From: Rhina ancylostomus
Lineage: Eukaryota
DNA length: 64,000 nucleotides
Direction of reading: 5' to 3'
Assembly: GCA_030265395.1 (NCBI GenBank)
Contig: JARFYF010000017.1
Location: forward strand, 19,153,778-19,217,777
In this document: positions 26,291-37,548 of the stretch, one piece after another
Layout: every line of letters begins with the position of its first letter
Position numbering within the stretch: the stretch's first letter is position 1
Translations under genes and position numbers: made by a program
The notes under the pieces: model-generated
What the model saw: only the letters and a program-made list of their open reading frames with translations
What the model was told of the DNA's origin: nothing
Databases searched by the model: none

Positions 26291-28218
26291 AGACATAGTA
26301 ATGGAGAAGAGAACTTACACCCCTCGCCTGTCATCTCCTGACCACTCCACCTCCCCACCCATTGTTCTCCTGATCCTCATCCCCATCTACACACAAATCC
26401 CAACCCATTGGCTCCTCTCCACCTTCAGACCCTGATCCATGACTTCCACCTAGCGCCAAGTTCCAATCCATGATACTTCTCAACCTCCAGTTCCAAATCA
26501 GTCTCCCAACCATAGGTGCACTCTGATGGTCCAAAAACTAATCTCCAGGCTTCCCTCCCATGCAATGTCTTGAGCTTAATCTCTTATCCAGACGTGCCAG
26601 CTATATTCCTTGGTGTACTCCACAGTGGAACATCATGCCAGGGAAAGTGTGTAAGGTCCACACAGCNNNNNNNNNNNNNNNNNNNNNNNNNNNNNNNNNN
26701 NNNNNNNNNNNNNNNNNNNNNNNNNNNNNNNNNNNNNNNNNNNNNNNNNNNNNNNNNNNNNNNNNNGCAACACCCCACAACTTTGACTTTGGGCACTGGT
26801 CAATTTCCAAGTGGTGAGTCCTCAGCCAAAACACTCATTAACTCACCAGAAAACAACAGTTTATCCATGGGTGCTGATGAAGCTTATATTGCCCTACTTT
26901 ATGAGCAATTCTCATCACTTCCACCAGAAATCTGTGGCCAGTTCATTTGGTGTTTCAATCCATGCTCCCTGCTACAAAAGAATAGCACCGATGTCAAACA
27001 AAAAATGGGATAGGAACTCACCAAGGCTCCATGGTGACAGTACAGGCTACCCATTCCAAATGTTACTCAAAAATCAAGTTGGCTCAGTCCCAGGCTGTAA
27101 TTTTTCAAGACAAAATCATCTACTGAGCACTACACTTTTCACCATAAACAGAATAGTGGCTGGACAGAAATTGCCACCAAATATCAAAAGTGCTACTGAT
27201 TCTCTAGTAAATGCTGCAGAGCTAAAATATTGATGGCTGACATGAGAAAACCCCCTTCCTTGCATGACCTGCATTCCCAGCTGCTCTGCTGCAATTTGAT
27301 TCAGCCTCTGGCTATGTAAACCTTCCTACTCACAGATTAAATCTGAGGCCCACAACCCACAGCCAGCTGATTGAGAGGTCATGATAAAATAAAAAGAGCT
27401 TCGTAAATCTTGTGAAAAAATATTCTTAGTCCTTGGTCTGAACAAATCAGCAAGCAGCATGCAGGTTAAAGGAAAGAAAGCCTGGATATTCAAAGTGTCA
27501 TCTGGAGCATGCATCTTGTTGTGGATGTAAGTGGCATCAAGAGAGCGATTGCATAAACTCATGGATAAAAATATGTCTTTTTAATTTCAAAGTCTCATTA
27601 ACAAAAAAAAGTATTATTTTAATTCATTGGCTGGGTTTGCAACAAGCAGATATTTGTCCTGGTGACCAACATTCTGTTGCAAGCCATTGAGTTTTTTGGA
27701 GAACTTTTCTTGGATGTGGCAGGACTGAACTTGTTAAAGAAACTTGAAATTTCATCAGCTCAAAGCCCTTTGGTTCTGTGGAATAAAAACAACTTAATTT
27801 AGTTTTATTTGGGCCTGACCTGAGAATAATTANNNNNNNNNNNNNNNNNNNNNNNNNNNNNNNNNNNNNNNNNNNNNNNNNNNNNNNNNNNNNNNNNNNN
27901 NNNNNNNNNNNNNNNNNNNNNNNNNNNNNNNNNNNNNNNNNNNNNNNNNNNNNNNNNNNNNNNNNNNNNNNNNNNNNNNNNNNNNNNNNNNNNNNNNNNN
28001 NNNNNNNNNNNNNNNNNNNNNNNNNNNNNNNNNNNNNNNNNNNNNNNNNNNNNNNNNNNNNNNNNNNNNNNNNNNNNNNNNNNNNNNNNNNNNNNNNNNN
28101 NNNNNNNNNNNNNNNNNNNNNNNNNNNNNNNNNNNNNNNNNNNNNNNNNNNNNNNNNNNNNNNNNNNNNNNNNNNNNNNNNNNNNNNNNNNNNNNNNNNN
28201 NNNNNNNNNNNNNNNNNN

Positions 28219-28366
28219 CAGTGCAGTTACATTGAGTTAGGACAGTACATTGATGTAGTACAGGGTAAAAATAATAACAGTACAGAGTAAGGTGTCACAG
28301 CTGCAGAGGAAGTGCAGTGCAGGTAAACAATAAGGTGCAAGGTCACAACAAGGTAGATTGTGAGGA
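28219..28366 (-). mobile_element. Rex1/Babar-like LINE 3' UTR fragment next to a gap
   Basis: Near-identical to 29395-29540 (acattgagtta...taaggtgcaaggtcaca.caaggtag.ttgtgagg). Confidence 0.7.
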
Positions 28367-28369
28367 TCA

Positions 28370-28900
28370 CGTTGCCAGCGATGTGGCATTGCCATTAACG
28401 TGACCGTAACATTGCAATTTCATGTCGGGTACCTTCCAGGCATAAGCTGGAAATAATTGCAACATCCCACAGCTTGACACCCAATATTGTGTGCACAACT
28501 CTTCTCCTTCACGCAGTGGCAACTATCTTTCATTCTTTCTTATGAGAGGCTATGTCTCATAACCTGGAATATCATGGACTGTGAACATTGTTTTGTAGGT
28601 GTACCGTGTGCAGGGACCAAGAATTCCACACCTTCAGTCTCCAGTTCATGAATAATCCTAAGCAGTGAAATTTACAGGTTAATTCCAGGCAACAGTCATG
28701 ATGCCTTCATTCTTCATTCACGGTCCCACCTGCATTTGAGCTGTTACAGAAAACCAAGGGTACACGGGCTGCTGACTGGTGTCACAGTTCATGGTTCTGG
28801 TGGGCACCCATACAAACTGTGGGCAGTGAGCCAACAATACAGGAAATATGATGGAGCCAACTACTGTTGAGTTGAAACACTAATTTTTCTGTTGGGCCAC
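28370..28900 (+). mobile_element. PIF/Harbinger transposase (DDE_Tnp_4, HARBI1-like) decayed fragment
   Basis: Collinear remnants ALP / VTVTLQF / SGTFQA, FHTFSLQF (FHSLNVQ-like) and ccaggcaacagtcatgatgccttcattctt = PGNSHDAFIL (catalytic PGS.HDAFIL motif). Many frameshifts. Confidence 0.8.
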
Positions 28901-29287
28901 TCTGGAGGAGACCATGCAATACAAATGGCAAGACTAATGATGGGCAGCTGCATGCTGCCTAGCCTCACATCATAAGGGTTCAGGTCTTTCCACCAGCTAT
29001 AACATGAACAACTGAGCAGCAAGAGTAGTGAACTTTGACAGTGAACTTGGACTTTCTGACAGGTTTCCTAGCTCACCAGGCATTTCATGATGCAGAATAT
29101 TTTGCCTTCTCTTAAATGCTCCATCAAAGCCTACATCTAAGTTGGCTGTGACTAGAATTTTGGGTGATCGTTCCCTCTGGCATGCCTGGTGTAGATCTGC
29201 AGTCTCAGCATCTGAGCCTGAGACTATGAAACGGAAATCAAGTGAATGCGTGTCTTTAGTATGATTGCCTTCTTCCTCTGCTGGCAC

Positions 29288-29548
29288 TGGTATTGGTATT
29301 GGTATTGGTATTGGTTTATCATTTTCACTTGTACCAAGGTACAGTGAAAAACTTGTCTTGCGTACTGATCATGCAGGTCAATACATTACACAGAGCAGAT
29401 ACATTGAGTTACTACAGAGTGCATTGAGGTAGTACAGGTAACAAAAAACAATAACAGAGTAAAGTGTCACAGGTACAGGGAAGTGCATTGAAGGTAGACA
29501 ATAAGGTGCAAGGTCACATCAAGGTAGGTTGTGAGGTCAAGAGTCCAC
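29288..29548 (-). mobile_element. Rex1/Babar-like LINE 3' end with (GGTATT)n tail
   Basis: (GGTATT)4 then ggtttatcattttcacttgtaccaaggtacagtgaaaaacttgtcttgc. Short tandem-repeat tails are typical of Rex1; the family assignment is from recall. Confidence 0.7.
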
Positions 29549-32500
29549 TGCCTGGTCTGTTGTAGTTTTTACAAATCTGAAATGAGGTTAAGATACTGGT
29601 AGGTTGGCAGCATGACTAGGTGAAGTCGTGAGGGTTCACACCTGCACCACTTACAGATAGTAAGTCTGAAGAGAGTGTGGAGTGAGGGAAAAGTGGTTTG
29701 AGGAAAGGTGGATGAGGTCTTGGCAAAACCACCAACTTTGCTGCTTTCAACCCCACCAATGATCTGGATCTCAAAAAAGCATCCCAATAATTAGGGGCAT
29801 TCAGCTGTGTCTAATTAGCCTGATCTGGTTGTGTACCATCTACCATAAGAGAGAAGAAGTGAGTCCATGATTGTTGTGCTACATGCATGGCTGGCTGAAC
29901 ATTTGAGCTTGTTGATAGATAACATTCACTGACAGTATGTTGTTATTAAGCTTAGACCATCAGAGCTTGGGCTACTTCCTTCCACTGAATGTGGGTCTGG
30001 ATGGATGACTGGCTCCTTGCAGATAAGGCAGGTAAACAATAATGATCAGAGCCTGAGGGGAATAGATGTCAGTGGTCAGGTAAGGGGAGATTGTGGCTGA
30101 AGGGGCAGTGGAGATTGAGAACTTCATCAGAGGCTTCAGGGAATTTGAGGTCAGGGAAGAGAGTGGTGGATGGAGAAACTGGGCTGTTTAGAAGGATGAA
30201 GGAGAGGTTATTGGCTGAGGTGGGTTTGAGGACCTTGCCCACTTGGAGGGTTAGTGGGGAGAGCTGTGAGTTGAGATGGTTGGGGGTTTGAACCGGTGAG
30301 GTCAGGAATGGCATCAGTTGTTGGACAGTAGCTGGCGGGAGGTCAAAAGTCAAAAGTTAGGTATGGGATGTGTTTAGTGAGGTCCCAGTGCTGTGCTGCA
30401 CTGTGAAGACAAGTTGTCTTGGAAGTACTTTTGGTCTCTCCTGAGATAACATGGTCCAATTTCTCCCACAATATTCCAAAAAGGACGATGCACAAGGAAT
30501 GATGTAACATGATGCACTCTAATATGGAAATCATGACTCATGCCAGGAAATGCCTGGTCTAATTTCTGAAGTTGATTGAAACCACCCAAAGTGGTCGTAA
30601 ATGCACTTAACTCTGTGGAAACACATGTTCAATTGCACGGCATCAAAATAAAAGTGTCACACAATTTAATTTCCAGGTCAAAGTGGATTGCACATGCTGG
30701 AGGTTGCTCCGTGGAAATGATCACTGGGTCTGTTTACAGGAGCTATCTAAGTCATCCTTGATCCCCTTCTCCCATTTTGAGACTATCGTAGGGATTATGT
30801 GGAATATCACTGCAAAATAGATATTAGCAAGGAAGACAATTTTTTGTTACTTACCTTTGTTGTTCGGGCACCAATTTGCTGCAGTTCATTGTACGAGATC
30901 AGTGTTTAACTCCACAGAGTAAAGATGTCACTGTAGCTAATTTGGAATGCATTTTCTTTAGAAATTCAGCAGGCAGCTTGCCCAGTTTCCAAATTAGTGT
31001 TCATGTGATATGACATGTAGTCTCACTTAATAAGATTGACACGGTGTCTGTGTTCAGAGATGCATTATTTAAAGTGTAGCGATATCAGAGATCTGTAACA
31101 CTAATTACTTCTAAAGGTATATTAATCACATGACACTTTAATATGCAATCAATACATTAATTTGTTGTTGACCTTGAAAAACTTCTTGACTTTAACCATC
31201 TATGTACTGGAAGCTCAGCAGCAAAAATTTTACTGAATAAAGGCTGGAGAGAACTTTGGAAAGGAGTAACATCAGAAAATGTTGATGATACATCTTTAGA
31301 TTTGTACCTTTCAATTCATGAAGAAAGAAGACCAGTTTGCATGCTTATGTTAATTTTTAGCTCCAGTGGTTGAAGAAGCCTCCTTTTCTCTACATTTGAT
31401 AAGGCTAATGCAAATCCAGCAGACCCACAGCTGGCTCTGGCCTTCATTCATTGAACCTCTGTAGTCNNNNNNNNNNNNNNNNNNNNNNNNNNNNNNNNNN
31501 NNNNNNNNNNNNNNNNNNNNNNNNNNNNNNNNNNNNNNNNNNNNNNNNNNNNNNNNNNNNNNNNNNTTGAACCTCTGTAGTCTTGTAAAAGGATGTTTTC
31601 TAATATGGTTCTGCATGTTTTACAGGAGTGAGATCATTGCAAAACTATCTCTTGTGAAAATGGTATCTAACTGCTAAGATTTTGCTGAATATTGGCAATG
31701 GAGATGGCAATATGGACCTGTAGATTGTGCTGTGCAAGTGTTATTCACTAAACTTTAACGATTGGCAAAGGGACACTTTGCCGAGAATCGAATTAAAGGA
31801 ACTTCAACCTTCTTTTATTGACCCACAAACTGTATAAGTACCACAGTGCATTGCTATTGATTTCCTTTCGCACAGCATGGCTGTTCTTTCCTTAATGCAC
31901 ACATGACAGCAAGTAGTGAGATGTCATTTCCCCTCCCCCACTTGACACAGATCTATTTTGGGTTATTTTCCAGGACCAGGAGTATACCTGTCCTACAGAG
32001 GAAATTAGGATCAATAAATTAATATGTTAAATAGCTATATGTGGGGTTCTTGAGCACAATACTAGAGGTGATGCTCTACATCCTTGTAAAATACTTTTCC
32101 TGAGAGTTTCTTCCCATCCGACATTTCCCATCCTTGTCATTTCAGTCAAGAGCTGAAGGGAGCTTATTTGCGCAGTTGAATCTTTGCTTTTAATCAACAG
32201 CATATGCACAAAAGGTGGGTTCCAGAGGTTATTTACCCAGTTTTCAAGCTGGTTTTGACTTTCTTGAGAGTTTGCTGTGTTCATCAGTGAGTGGCTAAAC
32301 CGCTCAGGATAAGAAGCTCACAGATTAGAAACTTGTCCTGTAATGAGATAACTAATCCTATCTAGCATTGTGGTAGAATGACAGCAGTTTACTTCCAAGA
32401 CCTTTGTTTACAGTGAGAAAACTTAAGTGGCGCTACTGCCCCTGTGTGTCATCCAATGATCTCTTTCCAAATCCATGAACGTCAGATGACTACAACATTG

Positions 32501-35500
32501 GACTGACCTGTGTTGCCTTTACATTTGATTAACTCCAGACTTTTATAACTGAAGCTCTCGCAACAATGATCAGCATACAGAGCTCAGTGACCACTCAGTT
32601 GAACCTCCGAGACAAAATAGCTTGCTGACGAAGACTGGAATGATTTGTTTGCTTTGATGTATGGTTTGGGTGCATAGTAAAATGAATTATGTGGTATACT
32701 ATGCACCAGGCTTGGTTCATTGGCATCCACACAATGATAATAATTTTCTCCTGCCACCAATCACACCTGCCACTACGTAGATAGAGAAAATTCTTTAATC
32801 AAAAGCCACCACTACATTGCATGTGTTTGTACCACTGCAGTTTTTCCCTTTGTTGTAATTCAAATATCTTCCAGTAGCAAATATTGAGATATTTGACTCA
32901 AATTTTCAGAGAAGACTAGCCCAGGCTATTACTCAGCAGAGCTCACACATTGCAATTAATGATTGCTGGTAACAAAAGTCTTCATATGGTTGTCATGTTT
33001 CAAAGCTCCCGGCTTGGGAAATGCTTACATTAAAGACATTTTGTAAAATTGAAAATGACAGCTTTAGAGGAAGATTGTTGTTCTGCCATTCCTCATCAAT
33101 AGAGTACTTAACACCTGCTTTGCCATTTAACAATAACAAAGGGGATAGTATTTACTGTGCGAGGGGTGTGGCTTTAACAGTTCTAATACTATAAATATCT
33201 GTTCAAGTCATGTTCTAGTTTATTCTCATTAATTCAGATGTTAAGCAAGTTTCATTGTAGAATATTGTTTCATTTTCTTTGGGAAACAAATTACACTATT
33301 GGGCTTCATTGTATGTGTATAGGAGAATGAGTCTTAGAAATGAAGTGTATCTTTATTACTCATCATTGACTAATCCAATAAAGAAGCACAATTTCAGCAT
33401 TCTGATGATTGTACTTGCCTTCTAAGTTTATTCACATTATAGGCCTTTCCTTCTGAATGAACACACAGATAATTTCAGAGAGTAAGTCTAACAATAGGAA
33501 AAAAATGGAAGCCAATCTAGGGTTTAAAAAGCTGTTGTGGCCACGACTTAATGTGAGCTATTCACAAAAGAGGGCTCCTATTGGTGGGCAGCTGCAGTAA
33601 AATCCCTTATAAGCAGTTATCCTTCATACCTGCAGCGCTTTTGAACAAAGCTCAATATGCATTTTGATTGCAAAGATGGATGAGAAGATTGTGTATTTAT
33701 TGGGTTTTTTTGAGTCTGCAATTTGCTTGAGCTTCCATGTTTGCTTTGTAACACCAGTGAACCAAAAGTCGTAACTCCATCTTATTAATTATGACCATAA
33801 TGTTTCAGGTTAGCACCCGGTATCTATTTTTTATTTATTAAACTTATTTCTGTAGCATAATCAATCATATAGCTTGCAACACATCCGCCATCAATTGCAA
33901 ATGGTACAGTGAGAATAACTGTACAGCTTCCTGATTTAGCTCAATTATCTTGTTTACAACAGGACCCTGTGGAGGTTAAACAACTGCTTAAATTTCCAGT
34001 AAAATGTAAGATATGACTGAGAACCTACGCACGTGAAATTAAAACCTGCTATCTGGTTGTCATGCATCTCAGATATTCCTATTTTTCTTTTACTAATAAC
34101 CATGCATTCATTTATTTGGCAATTGCTCTGCCATTGTTTTTTAAAATGGTGATTAAAGGAGTGCCATGTCACAGTGTGTAAGTACTGCACAGGCAGCAAG
34201 TTTCTGATCTTGGCAGTGGAGTGAAGGACATTTGCAGAATCAAGGAAAGGTAATTTCTGTTGCAACGTGGGTGCAGAAATTTGTCTTGGGGTGTTACTGC
34301 AAAATGGGCAATAGTGGATTACCAGCCTGACTTTTTATTTCAAATGAAATGATATTATATGCCTCATTTTGCACGACCAGCCAAAACAAGTTTATATTCT
34401 GTGACTCAGAGGGTGATTTACCTCTGTGTGCTTCTTGATATTTGGATTGTAAGTAACTGTGACAAAAGATTGGGAGCATATTTCCCATTCTTCTTCAGTT
34501 CTGAGGAGAAAGCAGATCTCCTAAGAGATTTATAATGGGGAAAGGAAACAGAAACAAGCTTAAAGTAGGGAGGAGAGAAAGGCCAAAGTTTGAGATATTG
34601 CCAACTTTTTCAAGGAAGATTTTGTCCTTGTGATTCCAGGAAAAAATATTTTGCAGTGACCAGTTTTGACAAGATTTAATTAGCATACACTTTCATAGCT
34701 AACGTACATAGATGCTGACCCTTTGAACATTTATTAGCCATTTGATAGCTTCTATTAACAATACTGCAGTTGTTGGTCAACACATATGTTGGGAGCAAAT
34801 GGCCTTTCAAAGCAATTAATTGCAAGTTGAAAAGAAGCTCCCCGTCTATCCCACTTCTACACATATATTACCCTCAACTCCCCTCCTTGACACCCTGGTT
34901 AAATTCACTAAGCGGTTTGATACCAAACCTATAAAGTCTAAGGAATAGTTTCTGATCTGCATCGATCAAGGAGAGTAACATGAAGCAGTTGGGGTGAGAC
35001 CAGTCAATACTCTCACCCATCAATCCAAGTAGTCCTGCTGGTAGTCTGCATACACAGGGATTGGTGGGGGTTAAATATGTTTTATGCACCAAAAGGTGGG
35101 GATAGTGGGTGGTCAAGGCTGTAGCCCACCTGAGTACACAAGAAGGAAATGTTCTATTGTCTGTTTTGCACATGTCCTAAATGAATTTCCCCACAGTGTG
35201 ATCGATGGGGAGAGCTCAGTTTTTCAGTCACTTGTAGCTGAGTTGTCTACAACTTACAATTTACTAAGATTCAACCATCTCATTGAATGTGGCCATATTC
35301 CAACAAAGTGGCTGCATTTAGGCTGGAATGGTTAAAGGGAGATGTTTGAAAAAGGGGAATGATTTTTTTTTTGCTGTTTTATATGCATATGGCATCAGCA
35401 CCCAGTTATCTGCAACAATTATGAAATTGGGCAAAAACACTTTAGCATCAGCACTATGGTAGTTTGGACAAAAGAAGATGCCCTGAAATGGGGCCTGGGC

Positions 35501-35614
35501 AATTCTGTAAAGGACCGCATGCACCTTATCACAGCTGTAACCCAATTGCAGAAGGACTTCAGCCCTCAAAGGCACAATCTCCATGACAGCAACACAGGGT
35601 AATGCTTGTCACAG

Positions 35615-35892
35615 AGGGAAGAGAGTTGACAGAAAAGAGAGGGGGAGTTCCATGATTTTCGCAGAAGAACATTGCAATTGCAGAAGTAGAGATAGAGGCC
35701 AGGTGTAAGGTCCTGCATGCCAGGGGTCAGAGGATCCACTAATGCTGCCATTTGGAGAGTACAGTAAAAAGACAGCTACAGTAGTCTTCACCAGGAGTGA
35801 GAAGCTTCCCAACGCAGAGCAAGCTGGAAGGACGTTCATGGTCCAATCCAATATGTCAAGGTGAACTGTAGATCAGAAGAATTACTATTCTA

Positions 35893-35950
<58 letters not shown>

Positions 35951-36932
35951 ACACACTTAGAGTTAATCACACCAATTATGACTCTATCCACACGCACTCT
36001 CTCCTCTCGTACACCACCACCTTCCAGTGACATTTTGTTCCATGAACCCCACACATAGTCATCTCTCCAAGTGTAGGATTATGAAAAGGTTTCTCAGTGT
36101 CCTTCAGCTCTTCCACTGAGACGAAGGTGGTGAGGAATAGGAGGGAGGCCCTTTGTACGAGAAAGGCCCTGTCGACTTCAATACTTCAGCCACATAGAGA
36201 CCATCCTGTGCCTCGTGGACAGAAGGACCATCAACCCCACGTCATCTCCACTGCACCTGAAATCCACCATCTTCCAAGTATTCTCACTACAATATTTCAT
36301 TGTAATCACTGCAGACACCTTCATTGCAAGAAGTCCTTTTGCATCGCCATAAAGGTGCTTTGCCAGCAGCTTTTGAATACAATTATACTTCTTTTGTTTT
36401 TTGCAGAATTTCAAGATAGGCCATCCCTGAAAGATAAGGAAAGAGAGCGGGAGAAGTGGGAGGAGCAGGAGGGAACACTGGAGGGATAGCAGGAACATGA
36501 TAGTGGTATTGATGGTGAAGCTGGTGATGATGAAGTGTCATTGTGCCTGATACCAGAGAGCTCCAGCTCAGAAACTGGCTCATAAGGGATAGGCATGTTG
36601 GGTTAGAGGGATGCATATCACCAATACACCAGACACCAGCAGGCTGCTATCTGGTACCAGGCCTAAGGAATCTGGTGGGGTGGTCATTGGAGCGGAGTCC
36701 ACATATCCCAACTGCCCCACCGGCTTCAGATGATGGCTTCACTTGGGATGATTTCAAGACAAGGCTGACGCAGATGCACAGCAAGATGGTTAGCAAGCCA
36801 TCGGGTCTGCCCGGCCAAATGCAAGAGATGGCAATGAGTATGGAGGAGCTCATCTCCAGTCTCTCACAGGAGATGGTCACAGAGCTGGGAGATCAGTCTG
36901 GAGATGATACAGGCTATTTTGCAAAGGCTTGA
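35615..36932 (+). pseudogene. Harbinger-type Myb/SANT-like DNA-binding gene remnant (three exon-like blocks)
   Basis: Block 1 reads GVP*FSQKNIAIAEVEIEARCKVL (APRFS...VEARR.VL) and ends at AAG|GTGAAC 35860. Block 2 reads TKVVRNRRE (K.AHNRRE). Block 3 follows the acceptor ttttgttttttgcag|36407, is acidic, and contains ASDDGFTWDDFKTRLTQMHSKM...MAMSMEELISSLSQ. Stops are present. Confidence 0.65.
35894..35956. repeat. (CA)n microsatellite
   Basis: About 31 CA units with one CT interruption. Confidence 0.98.
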
Positions 36933-37418
36933 TTGCAATCCTAAAACACAGCACCTACTGTTTCAGGTGACAGCTAGTAGAGAAGCACAGAGAGGTTCTT
37001 GCTGCTTTTACACAGGCTTGTCCTGACCCGGCTAGTGGTTTGATGCTCTAAATGAAATGCCACACGTGAGTGTGTCACTGTTATTACTGGCCAGTAAGAT
37101 GTCACTCAGCAACAAGTTGCTGCATAAATGGATACCAATTGCTACCCAACAGCAGCTTGCTGTTCTCAACGGAAGCTAAATGCAGGCAGTTAAATTTTCT
37201 CCATAAGCAGTTCTCCTGCGTGGCCAGAGATATGCCACACATAAGTAGATCACCTTCCTATAGGCATAGAGAAGTGACATTCAGAAACTAGGAGCAGCAG
37301 AGACTTGCTTCCCCCACCATCCACATGCCACTTCATTATGAGCAAAGTTGTGTTCTAACCATGCAGTGATGTTTCCAAAGGGAAGAGGGAAGATAGCAGA
37401 AATCAGACACCTGTCATT

Positions 37419-37548
37419 GAGTCCAGATGAAGGGTCTCAACCCGAAACATTGACTGTCCATTTCCCTCCACAGATGCTGCCTGACCCGCTGAGTTCCTCC
37501 AGCATTTTGTTTTTGGCTGTTTTTTCCAGCATCTGCAGTCTCTTGTGT
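37419..37548 (+). mobile_element. Penelope-like short element with hammerhead-like core and 8-bp flanking duplication
   Basis: AGTC-CAGATGA-A-GGGT-CTCA-ACCC-GAAA-CATT-GACT at 37420-37455. CTGTCATT occurs at 37411-37418 and 37549-37556. Confidence 0.8.

Noticed and set aside
25771-26358. 195-aa minus-strand ORF as a host gene
   Set aside because: It is a decayed L2 ORF2 in pyrimidine-rich sequence with only patchy motif retention.
29288-29316. (GGTATT)n as an interstitial telomere or CRISPR-like repeat
   Set aside because: It is not TTAGGG, has no spacers and directly abuts a LINE 3' UTR, so it is the element's tail.
35861-36058. His-Thr repeat protein
   Set aside because: Translation of a (CA)n microsatellite.
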